From Selaginella moellendorffii (taxonomy: Eukaryota; Plantae; Lycopodiophyta): a stretch of 64,000 nt of DNA. Of the stretch, positions 1 to 11,139 are shown one piece after another (positions within the stretch are counted from its first letter, which is position 1; each line of letters opens with the position of its first letter). The notes beneath the pieces were generated by a model that worked only from the letters and a program-made list of their open reading frames with translations, had not been told where the DNA came from and did not search any database. The position numbers and the translations under genes are program-made. The stretch lies in the NCBI RefSeq assembly GCF_000143415.4, contig NW_003314297.1, positions 434,001 to 498,000 of the forward strand, read 5' to 3'.

Positions 1-1066
1 TTGACACCCACGTGAAATTTCACATTCACAAAATTGGCATGAGGCCTCATGCCATCTTGATAAACACACAGCTATAGGCAGGTAAAGAAACTATTGGCAA
101 TATGCTAGTGATGAACTTGCAAGCCCCAAGATGGCATGAGCCCTCATACCATTAGTGGTACCGTAGCGCCGCTCGCACCACCGCAACTGCTCGTAGCGCC
201 GCTCGCACAAACTGCCACTCGCATAAACTGCCACTCGCAATGGCGCTCGCAATGCCGCAACCGCTCGTAGACGCATAAACCACAGCTCACAACGCCGCTT
301 ACACAAGCAGCGCTCACTGCACTCAGCGGAACCAAGAACACGACGCACAAAAATGATAGACCTAGGAATGAGTTCGAGAATTCAAAAATAACACACGCTT
401 GAACGTCACATCAAATCCTCTGACAAACCAAATCTTATGATTCCTCTGACAAATTTCAAACTGAGTAGCTTCTAGACTTTGCTGTCGGACGTTGAACTTT
501 GTCACATCATATCCTTGCCTCGATCCAGCTGTGCCATGTCAGTGATTCGAACTTTGCCATGCCATGTCAGCGATCCGCGCCAAGATTATTCGCCGTGTAA
601 AAGAATAATTATGCTGTGTGTGTACGTCCATTTATGGCAATATAAGGCCACACGCCATTCAAAGAATAATGCTAGTCGAGCATTTTTTGGTGCATTTTTG
701 GGTTCAAAATTGCATGAGCCCACACGCTATAAAGTTTACCTGTACCAAAAATAGAAACAGCTATATTTATTTGGGAATTTAAGTGGTTGAGGCATTTTTA
801 AACTTACAAACACATGCCCTACTTACATTCTTTTGGTTGCTTAAAATTCAAAAATATTATAAACCTTTCTTTTTGCATTTTCAATGTTTTCAATTATGGT
901 TTTTGATTTTCGCAGGACCAGCCTAGTAATCTATTTGCATCCCGTCATGTTTATAGCTAGCTTTCGTTTGTCCCCTTCGCTAGCCTGAGATACATCTGCT
1001 CGGCATCTGCCTCTTACAGCATTTGCCCAGAAAGGGCATCTTTCTTCACGCAGCATTTGCCACATG

Positions 1067-1092
1067 TTTAGGGTTTAGGGTTTAGGGTTTAG
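1067..1092. repeat. Short interstitial plant telomeric repeat (TTTAGGG)3+TTTAG, a telo-box cluster
   Basis: Directly visible: tttagggtttagggtttagggtttag. Confidence 0.85.
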
Positions 1093-1768
1093 CAATTCAG
1101 TAGCTTGATAAACATGCAAATACAGAACTTGATGCAAAATCCTTTGATATGTCACAATGCCCCTAGGACCATAAACACATTTCAATAGAGAGGGTCTTTT
1201 CATTTCATAACTCCTTACGTAGATCTTGGTGAAACCAGAGTTAATAAAATTGGTTTCTTGTGATCCCGCATCTGATTGTGATGTCCCTTTGCAGTGTCGA
1301 TGGAAAGGTCAATGCACACCAAACTGTAGAATCTTGGAGCAAAATAACGGTTGGATCTATGGCAAATGCCCCTGAAACATTGTAAGGCTCGTGTGGTCTC
1401 ATGTGGTGTCCGATCGAGATGCTTCTTTGCAGGGTCATCAAGAAGGACATTGTATACCATTCTTTATTTAGCTGAACATCTGGCATTTTTGGAAATACAA
1501 GATGCTTTGGAATATCCAATCATGCATGGTATAAATATAGCGAGGGTATTAAATGATATCTCAATCATGATCTTTCTTTTGGATTTCGCGTGCATGCAGT
1601 CCGAGGAATGATGACATTGCGGATTTCTTTTGGATTTCACGTGCATGCATGCGCGCGGCGATCCAGAAATTAATGGTGGCGCCCAAGTCCAAGGAATGAT
1701 GACGTTGCGGGATTACTAACCGTCGTGACATTTCGCGCGTGTGAGGTTAGGTTTTGCATTTTGCTTCG

Positions 1769-1938
1769 TACTCGCGCTCGCATCGCGCTCCCACTCGCGA
1801 TCACGCTCACATTCGCGCTCATCTACCTTCTCTACAGGTTTCTCGTGTGCATCGGCGTCCACTCGCGCTTGCATCACACTCGCGCTCGCATCGCGCTTGC
1901 ATCACACTCGCGCTCGCATCGCGCTTGCATCGCGCTCC
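1769..1938 (+). repeat. CpG-rich ~28-bp tandem repeat (cactcgcgctcgcatcgcgcttgcatca) upstream of the ParB-like gene
   Basis: Repeat units visible directly. Confidence 0.75.
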
Positions 1939-2163
1939 TGTGTATCGGCGTCCACTTCAAGACACACCCAGTTTGTAACTTCGCCGCCAACTCCGCCGCC
2001 CACTCCACCACCCACACGCAGCCCACTTGGCGTCCCGGGAGATTTCAACACCACTCTCCAACTGTAAGTGGCAGAGTAGCCTTGCTGCTACGATCCGCTG
2101 CACACACAGTGCACATTCGCCAGCGAGTCCGGCCTCGATTGTCACGCCTCCATTCGGCTTCAA

Positions 2164-5100
2164 ATGGTAAGTCTTTTAGGCCAAGTAGAAAATGGCATGA
2201 GGCCACATGCCATTCAGTAGCAACATTGGCATGCACCGATTGGGCTCTCGAGTGCAGTCCGGTTACAGATGGCGTGTAGCCTCACGCCATCTTAGGATGC
2301 AGCCTCAAGACATCTGATACAGTGGTGAATGGTGTGTGGCCTCACGTTATTTCCAGCTGCTAGCTTTTCATCTGTCAGCTCTAATTGTTGTGCATTTCTG
2401 AACAGGCGAGGAATTGCGTTCTTCTTCCAGCCACTGTCAATGTGGATGCAGAGAAGGGGGAGGAGCTCACCAGTTGGACTTTCGGGATGGAAGGCGAGGA
2501 TCTGAGGCTGTACAACACAGATGGTGGGAGAAAAGAATGCATGGGGATCCTCATCCAAGTGATAGACACTCCATGCAGTTCCATGCAAGAATATGGACTG
2601 GCACTTGTGGTAGAGACAGCGTCCGCCTTCAAGATCCACCTTGCACATCCTAGCGGCTTCCCGGAGGGGGGCAGCGGCTATGAGGAATTCCTAAAGGGAG
2701 CTAGGGAGAGGTTTTCCAGGAGGCCCACAATTTCAAAGACGCTACGGGTCTATGAAGATCACATGGAATCCACGGACCTCACCTACGGCGATGTTCAAAA
2801 ACTATATTCCAACATTGAGCCGTTGAGAGTGACTCGAGTTCGCGAAGCGAAGGGGAAGGGGGTCGATCTAGAAACTACCCCGAAGCAGAAAAGGGTGGTC
2901 AAGCTCAAGCCGACGTCCGACTCTCCTGCTCCAAAAAAGAAGCTACTCGGTGATGCCATTGCCTCAGGTTCGAACACTACACCCACCAAAAAGAAGAGCC
3001 GCAAAGAGCAGAAAGAGCAAGAAGAGGCAGCAAAAATCGTCGCAGATAATAGTACTTGTTACTATTCCAACAAAGTATATACAATCGACGTGAGCCACAT
3101 CGACATCCAAAGCAAATACAACCACAAGCTAGTATCTGATGAGTGGGTGGAGAAACTGAAGCAGAAGATGCTGGCAAGTCCAGTAACACCCGACATCGCA
3201 GACGTGATCCCCTACTACCAAACAATGAAGGGCGAGATGAGGTTTCCAGACTTGATCAATAGGAAGATGTTGGACGATCAGAACATTCGGTTCTATGCTG
3301 TCTCCGGGCAGCATTCTAGCTTCGCGATGCAAGAGATAGTTGTGGATATTATGGTGGGCGAGGAGGTGAAGAAAGTCTTCAAGACAAGAGTTGTCCGCCT
3401 GATAAAAGGCAACTCGCCCCTCCGATCTATCATATACATCTCCCACGCGCAGAATGTCAAGCAAGAAACGTGCTACAAATCGGGTCTGCACGAGACATTG
3501 GCACGAACACGGAAGCTCTGGGTTCAACTGAAGAAGCCACAAAACCAGGACAAGGACGTGCACTAGCAACTAGTGCCTGGCAGGTAAGCCTCGTTGCATG
3601 TGGCATAGCATGTGGCCTCACGCCATTTCCATTGTAGGAATTCTCGAGTCTTCTCTCGAAAACACTGGGGGTCAATGACACACTCAGCATCCATAACATT
3701 CTACTCGCGACAAAAGTTGTTTTTGACAAATGGGTAGATGTGCTGAGGAGGTACCATGACGGGGAGTTGCTAAACTCAATGGGTGTGGAGGATGGCCGGA
3801 AGCCCAATGATTTGAAGCTCAACGCCTTGCGTTTCTCGCAGTCTCTAGACGACAACGACCTTCTGACAGTGGCTAATGCTCTTCTACGTGGTGAGGTAGT
3901 CTTCAACAAGACCAAAATGACTCCCGGCCATATTGTGACATACAAGGACTTGTGCACGACTCTGAGAGCTCGTGTGCTATTGAAGGATTGGATCTTCGAG
4001 CAAGTGGCCGTGGAGAGGGTGAGCATCAACACTACACAAGAGATGATGGAAGAGCTGGAGTTGTCAAATGAAGACATCGACGAGTACGTGAAGGGGGCCC
4101 CCAAGTTCATCGATCTGCTGCGGGATGCCACGAAAAGTAAAGCTGAGAAGTTGGATCAGTATCCAAATTTCATTAAGAGGGATGTCGACCGCCGGCTTCA
4201 GAAACAGCTCGACCCCGCAACAGAGGCCTATCGAGAACCTTACCGGGTATACGTGAATTCGGATGAGGATCAAAGGTGGAGGAGCATCGTTTCCCGCGGA
4301 GATGAGCAGGTCAAGAACATCTTTTGTGTGATGGACTTCACAAACGAGGAGATCACTCATGCAGACGAAGTCAGCTCCATCATTGACTTAATGGTGGGAC
4401 TTGCGGAGGTGGAATCTTCAGTCCACTATATGATCTACGACTTCGAATCCTATCACAAGTCCTAGAAGGCCTTGAACGAGGTGAAGGCTCGGTTGAAAGG
4501 CAAGGAGATGCGGGAGATCCATGGGATAATGGCTAAGAAGAAGATACCGACGAATGTCCTCATCTTCACACTCGCCCTTGTTATTGGTCCTGCAGCAGAG
4601 TGGGACTGGAGTGACTTCCCAGCTTCGTTCGACAAGGCCGATCGAATTGATCAAAAAAACAGTATCTTCTCTACGAACCTGGTGAGTACGCACTTTAAGT
4701 TTAAATGTTATCTCACAAGCTCTGTATGCAAGAGCGTGGCCACCCTCAGATGCTGAAACGGCATTAACAGCTACTGTTGAAGATACCCATGTTGGGCCGA
4801 GCTCACAACCTGCACAAGGTAAGGTCACGTGAGGCCTCACACCATTTTGATTATAGATCGTTGTGAATATTCAGACACGAGGACTGAAAAGCGCACTGGT
4901 GGCGCGTTGAAGAAGGACAAACAGACAAGCAATAGGAAAAAAGGAGGTACAAATTATATTTGCAATGGCGTGTGGTCTCATGCCATTCCTTGCAGGAGAC
5001 ACTTCTTCAAAGGCAAAACAGGCAAGCACTAGCCAAGTACAATGGACAAGAGGTACCAATCATTTTTGTTATACGTGAATTCTCATGCCATTGCTTCTTG

Positions 5101-8100
5101 CAGCTCAAATTCCAAAGAGACTAGGGCAAGCAGCGCAGACCTCACGACAAGAACCTGAAGGTTTGATGGCGTGTGGCCCCACGCAATTAACTAATGTTCT
5201 TGTAGATAGCATCGTGGAAATCGAACGGAACAACGTGCCTCCAGTGGAGGAGGGGCAGGCCTCGGAAAGTGATAAGGAGAGTTCCGAAACAGGTATGATC
5301 ATGACATATGGCCCCATACACTTATCTAAGTTTGTATTTCAGGGGAACGAGTTGAACAAATGGAAAACTTTATGAAAGGTAACTTAAAAATATTATGGGA
5401 TGTTGCATGTGTTGATGCAATAATATACAGTTCAAGTGCCAAGGAGACGTCGTGAACCTCGAATTAGGCTACCTGCAAAACAGCTTTCAGACGCTGTAGA
5501 CAAAGAGATGGACAACCGACCAGGGCAGAGGAGGAAGGGTAAAAGCATTTGTGTGCTTATCACGTATGTCCTCATGCTATTTCTGTAGAACGGGCGCATA
5601 AGAAACGAAAGTGAAAGGGAATTGAGGAGCAGGTACCTGAGGATGCGGAAGGCACGACAGAGCCTCTAAGGACGGGAAGTAAAGCGTCATGGTTATTGCG
5701 TGGGTCCTTATGCCATTTCTTGCAGATCAAGCTCAAACTGACAGTGGTCATAAAAAGCGAAAGCACGTTGGACAGTCATCGGGATCAGAGGCGTTTGATT
5801 CGAAAAGGAAGAAGGGCAACGAAAAGATGATAGGTAATGCCTTGCGGTTATGGCGTGTGTGCTCATGCCATTCATTGCAGATCAAGGGCTGAGTGAAAGC
5901 AGCCAGTCACCACCTCCTGACTCAGATTCCTATGGCGGACTCCCCTTCCCCAATCTCAATGGAGATGTACAATGGATGAGGGATGCTTTTCAAGTCAAGG
6001 CCACGTTTTTCTCATCTCGTCGTCTTCGAAGGGTGCAAGAACGTGCAGAAACCATGTTAAGACAGTCGGGTGAGGATACGGTCCTAGGTCACGCACTAAA
6101 ACAGGCTATGGATGTCTTGTATTTTGAGATGGAGACTCGGCCAGATGATTTTCCCAAGATGGTCCTGGAAGAACAAGCCATCCAGCCTGAGCAGCCTATG
6201 GAAGAAATGCATGAGGGGGATGAGGAGCCAGAGAAAGATAATGAGCAGGAAGAGCAGAAGGACGAAGAGGAGGACAAAGAAGAGGAGGACGAAGAAGAGG
6301 AGGACGAAGAGGACTTGGATGGTCCTCACAATAGTGACAATCACAATAACGACGACAACGATGATGACGACGATGGCCAGCCTGAGGTGGCCAAAGAGCA
6401 GCGGAGGAAGGTCATACAAGACAAACCATCAGGTAAATAATAGTACATCCATTCCTAACCTTTTACCATTTCTAACATTGTCCATGTAGGTCGCAGAGCA
6501 AATGGTAAGTAGAGATTATTCAGTTGAATTAAGATATAAACTCTAGCCTTTAGTGTCGAGGAAGGATAGTGCCAAGCAAGGGTCGAAACGTATGTCCAAT
6601 CCTTCAGAATCAGCAGTGCGCCCAAGTGATATCGGTCCTAGTTCCTCAATAGCAGTTGATGGTAAATACAGTATAGTCAATTCAATGTGCTAATGAGTTT
6701 GTTTTTAGTAGCACGGGAGGATACCATCTCAATCGAAGGGAGATATTTGGACATGCATATGGATCCGCAAGTGGACTCTACTTGCCTGCAAGAGTCATCA
6801 GAGCTGGTGGAGGCTACTATTCATATCAACACTAAGCAAGCTGACCACGCTCCACTTGATGCTGCCCATACCACTGAGTCAATCTTGTCCACGTATCCAA
6901 CTGACGGTGACCAGGTGTCATTGGACCCACATGAGGCCGCCCCAGCCGCCGAGCCGGTTGTATCCTCATTTCCAACGGACTCAACGTGTGCCCAATCGTC
7001 TGACTACGCGCCGTTGGAACCTCCCTACACCGCCCCTGCTGCCTGTTCAGTCATGTCCACTTTGCCAACGGAGGCACCAACTGAAATGGCATGTGATCAC
7101 ACACCATCGGAACCACCCCATGCCACTGTTGAGCCAGTTGTACCAGAGTCTACAGCTGAAATGGCATGTGCCCACACGCCATCGGATGTGATTGACCCCA
7201 CATTGCAGAGGAGAGTATTTCCGCCCTTCACGTTTCCTCGACCAAAACCCTCTCAACGACCATCGGGAGCACCATTCGCTAATATTGTAGATGGTAAAAT
7301 TGACTTGTACCATTTTTTATGCTGACGCATTTCATTTCAGAGTCACGGCGAAGGTAATGTATTGTTTTTGATCTGAATGGTGTCCTTTTCTCCCATGAGC
7401 GTGGCTCGTCCTCAAATGTCACTGCACCCTCCAAAGCCTGTGGTCGCAAGTTGGTCAAAAGAGATAGATTCACATTAATCACACGGGAGAAACTGCGGGA
7501 TCTAATAATGACCATGCAACACTTAAAACAGAGGGCCGGGTTCAATTTGCAATTGGGAGTTTGGACATCCATGATGCGCCACAATGCATTAACGTTGCTA
7601 CAGATGATGCACGATCAGACGCGAGTAATATTACCACTTGACTTTCTCCTAACGCAGGAGGATTGCTTGACTATGGTCCATGTGAGGGGTAGCAAGCCCA
7701 TCTTCGTCAAGCCAGAGGCTGTAGTGATGAACCGGACTGCTAGGTCAAGTGAAATCCTCATCATCGATGACTCGCCGATTAAAACTGCAGCGAACATGCA
7801 CACATCTGCAGTGCACCCCATCTCTTGCAGTATGGAAACTAGGGAGAAGAAACCGTATGTTCTGGGGGACCTTGCAAAATGGCTTGGAGCGATGGTGATA
7901 GAGAACCGGCCAGTCCAGGAGGTGGCTGCAGAAATCAACCAAATGGCAGATGGAACGGTATATCAGAAGCCATTTGATCGGACAGACACCAGTCATCATT
8001 TATGGCATGTATATTGTCTAGCCAAGCACTATCCGCATCTCCATAATCTGCTCAACTGGATGGGTTCTTCGACCACTGAACATGAGCGTGGACGTATTAG

Positions 8101-8203
8101 AGAAGAGATGGCATTACTATTGGGTTTAAATCCTGATAGTGTGGAGAGTGATGAAATTCCAAGATTATTGTATAGGCGTTGGAGGCAAAAAATAACAATC
8201 TGA
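2164..8203 (+). pseudogene. Multi-exon gene with few lesions: ParB/Srx-like domain + helical region + Lys/Glu-rich small exons + acidic tract + Pro/Thr repeats + C-terminal FCP1/NIF-like HAD phosphatase domain; probably transposon cargo
   Basis: ATG 2164-2166 splices (intron 2167-2405) in frame to the 393-aa ORF. ParB-like pattern YTIDVSHIDI..YNHKLVSDEWVEKLKQKM...FYAVSGQHSSFAM at ~3078-3330. About 14 further short GT-AG introns, mostly ~45-57 bp. Last exon (7341-8203) has IVFDLNGVLF, LGVWTSMMRHN, KPIFVK and ILIIDDSPIKTAAN..AVHP, which are NIF/FCP1 motifs. Lesions include a frameshift at ~3540, TAG 4463-4465 and TAA 7355-7357. Confidence 0.75.
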
Positions 8204-8619
8204 GATGGCATGTATTTATTTAAAAATGTAACTTATTATGGCATGGGGTTCCATGCCATTGTATTAATATTAAAAGACAATTCTTTGAGAGGATTTGCAT
8301 TATACTAGAAGTGTTACAGCGTGTTATAGCATGTTATTGGAAGTCTACGAAGTTGTTTTATTAATAAGGGGAAAGTAAAGATTGAATGGGGACTTGGGCT
8401 CCACCTAGACTCGGAGCAACTGAGCCAATATTAAAAGGATGGAAAGAAATTGGACGACGATGACAAGGAGAAGAGAGAGGTGAAGCAGTGGCAAGGGAAG
8501 GAGAAGTGATTGAGTAGACATTTCCTTGTTTAAAATAAAATGGCATGTGCCTCAATGCAGTTGAATTTTGTTATATTTATATACTATATAAAGGTTTAGA
8601 AACCTTATTTTACAAGTGG

Positions 8620-9361
8620 GATAATGACAATTCCCACTTTAACGAAATAGAGCTTTGATTCATTGTGGTGGGTATTTGGATTGTGTGAATGAAGTATGCA
8701 ATTAAGGGTGTGGTAAAAACTCCATATTTTTTTAAAGATTTGCATTCAATCCTCCCATTTATAATGCTATTAGTGTTGAATTCAAGTGCTAGTTTTGCAA
8801 AAATGTTCTATTGTGTCGTGCTATCTACGGCGCCAAGATGTATTATTTTTTTCCATGAGATGAGGAGGCTAATAAAACTGTAATACATATTGGCACGCAT
8901 ATACATCTAATGCAAGAAGGGATACAAAAGAGTTCAATCAACCATTTCAAAGATGTAGTGTAGATAAAAATTGTGAGAAACTCATTTACAACTCCGAAAT
9001 GTGTTTAAAAGATAGTGCTAAAGGATTTTATCACAAGCACCCTACTCAATCCGGGCTTCAAGAAGACTCAACTAGACGAGGTTAGCTTTCGGGAGTTACT
9101 ATGATGCATGCAACCTACAACTAGTCTCAAGAGGTAAGAAAATAATATGATATACTTTTCAATAATATTTCTCTTATATTTTTTTTTATTTAGAATAAAA
9201 TCTTGGATGTGTGAATCTCGAGAAGGGAAACTCTAGTCAAAAATTGACTTTATCCTTGAACCAAAATAGACCTCTCCCTACGAATTTATCCATGGGAGTT
9301 TATTTCCAGATCAAGTTATTAGTGAATAGAAGTACCCTTTTGTCTTCAAAATGTCTACTAT
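8620..9361 (+). mobile_element. Mutator-like (MULE) transposase remnant A, N-terminal part, cut by an LTR at 9362
   Basis: Decayed reading IHCGGYLDC..., IGTHIHLMQEG...TPKCV, an intron, then PYEFIHGSLFPDQV...PFVFKMST. Homologous to 28441-29540 and 38640-40400. Confidence 0.7.
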
Positions 9362-10474
9362 TGTCGCAAATGTGACTTTGGGTATCGAAAGTTACTTGTT
9401 GACTAGTCCTTACGGACACTCTTACCTTACTGCCACGATGGCAGGAGGTCGGTATTGCTGAGTTATCAGTCTCCGCCTAAGCTAGTTGAGAAACTAGTTT
9501 TCGCGTGTACACTTGACCAGATGAGCATAAGGAAGGAATTCCTAAGTGTCTATTTAGTTAAGCATACTTGACCTGGTTAGAGAAACTCATTCGTTGACTT
9601 GCACTTGCTAGTGTTGGGAACCCCCGCGATATTGAGTTTGGTCCCTCAATATTCACTACCCAAACTGCCAAACACCCTCGTTATCATGCCCTTTGTGTTA
9701 GTCTCATTTCGGTCCCAAATGCTATTTATGGAAAGTGTCTAGATTTGCTCATTTGGCATATCTACAAAATGTAGAGATCAACCTGAACACAATGGTGTTT
9801 GTCCCGTGTCCAAATTCACAATCTAGGGACATTCCATATTTAGTAAGTCTCGAGCTTGTCCCGGAAACTAACTCCTGATACTAAGGGAGGCTTGGGGTGA
9901 AAGCCCAAAGCGTGTGTTCCTTAAGGGGGGGGCGCGGGGGGGGTTCCAAATGTAAAGTAAGGATAGTGGGTAGGTCAAGCATGGCCGACCAACTTGAGGC
10001 ATAGTCTAGTTCCCGCTTGCATGCTTGTCCTTGTTTTGCATCCGGGGCCACTGAACGAAGGAACGGTGCCAAACTCTCAAGCGTGAAGCCAAAGAGTGGT
10101 GGAACCGAACCACAGAGCAACTCCCGAGCATATAGCCCAAGGAGCGAAGGGACAGGAGTCTGGAGCAACTTGGAACAGTCCTGGAGCAACCAACATCCCA
10201 ATGCTAGGACCAGCACGCAAAATAGAGCCAAACAGAGTCTGGCGCTATTTTGGCATACTGGTGGCCTAACGCGAGGACATGGGTACTCCACCAGCTAGCA
10301 TGGAATGGAATTTGGGCTTAGACCCAAGAGGCCCTGAACCTCAGGTTCCTGTAGACACGTGGCATAGACACGTGGCATGTGACACATGGCATAAAGAGGG
10401 TTTAGGTTCCGCTTTGTGGTGTTATCCTATGGTAAATCACCATAGGATAAAGGGTCAAAACCACGTGCGCTACA
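9362..10474 (+). mobile_element. LTR (TG...CA) of an LTR retrotransposon, same family as 34023-35916
   Basis: Starts TGTCGCAAATGTGAC and ends GCGCTACA. Colinear high similarity to 34023-35916, which is followed by a PBS. No TSD seen. Confidence 0.75.
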
Positions 10475-10475
10475 G

Positions 10476-10880
10476 AGAAGGAGTCCGAGATGGAGTCCAA
10501 TATGGACCCGAGATGGACTTGATATGGACCCGAGATGAAGTCCGAGATGGACCCAAGATGGAGTCCAAAATAGACCTGAGATGGAGTCTGAGATGGACCT
10601 GAGATGCAGTTCAAGATGGAGTCCGAGATGGACCCAAGATGGACTCCGAGATGGAGTCTGAGATGGACTCAAGATAGAGTCCAAGATGGACTCAAGATAG
10701 AGTCCAAGATGGACTCAAGATGGAGTCCGTGATAAACCCGAGATGGAGTCTGAGATGGACCTGAGATGGAGTCCGAGATGGAGATCGACACCGACACCGA
10801 CACCGACATTGATACCGACACCAAGACCAAGTTCGAGACCAAGTCAGAGACTAAGTCCAAGACTAACTCCAAGTCTGAGT
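10476..10880 (+). repeat. 11-12-bp (GAGATGGAGTCC / GAGATGGACCC) and 6-bp (GACACC) tandem repeats, retroelement-associated; related tract on the minus strand at ~24410-24515
   Basis: Directly visible. Both tracts are followed by GG(T)G(G/A)AAGCCCAAAGC-type LTR sequence. Confidence 0.8.
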
Positions 10881-11139
10881 TCGAGGGTGGAAGCCCAAAG
10901 CGATCATCTCCCAAACCTTAGGGGGTTTGGTGAGCTCCAAAAGTATAGTAGGGGGAGGACTCTAGTGGTGCCAGAAAGGGCTAGTGTGACCTAGGAAAGC
11001 TATATCCATGTGTTAGGTGATAATATAACCACTAAGGAATCCAAGGCTAAAGTGAATATAGACATAATAACAAAAGGACCTTGTACAAATGCACATTATG
11101 CTCCTCTATATTCTTGCTGAAAACAAGAATATCATCTAA

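Larger units (their letters stand above)
35..8560. repeat. Dispersed 20-bp palindromic motif, consensus TGGCRTGWGGCCTCAYGCCA, at least 18 copies, mostly intronic or intergenic
   Basis: Perfect palindrome TGGCATGAGGCCTCATGCCA at 35-54. Variants start at ~132, 638, 710, 2193, 2270, 2330, 3606, 4825, 4966, 5071, 5167, 5302, 5560, 5696, 5851, 8239 and 8541. Not noticed elsewhere in the window. Confidence 0.9.

Noticed and set aside
5-20. CACGTGAAA resembling half of bacterial parS (TGTTNCACGTGAAACA)
   Set aside because: Single, non-palindromic 9-bp match that also contains the common plant G-box; likely chance.
1067-1092. Chromosome end or healed break
   Set aside because: Only ~3.7 repeats in a promoter-like region; more consistent with telo-boxes.
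2167-5880. Introner elements as the explanation for the motif-bearing introns
   Set aside because: Similarity looks limited to the 20-bp palindrome, no TSDs were seen, and the motif also occurs outside introns. Not fully excluded.
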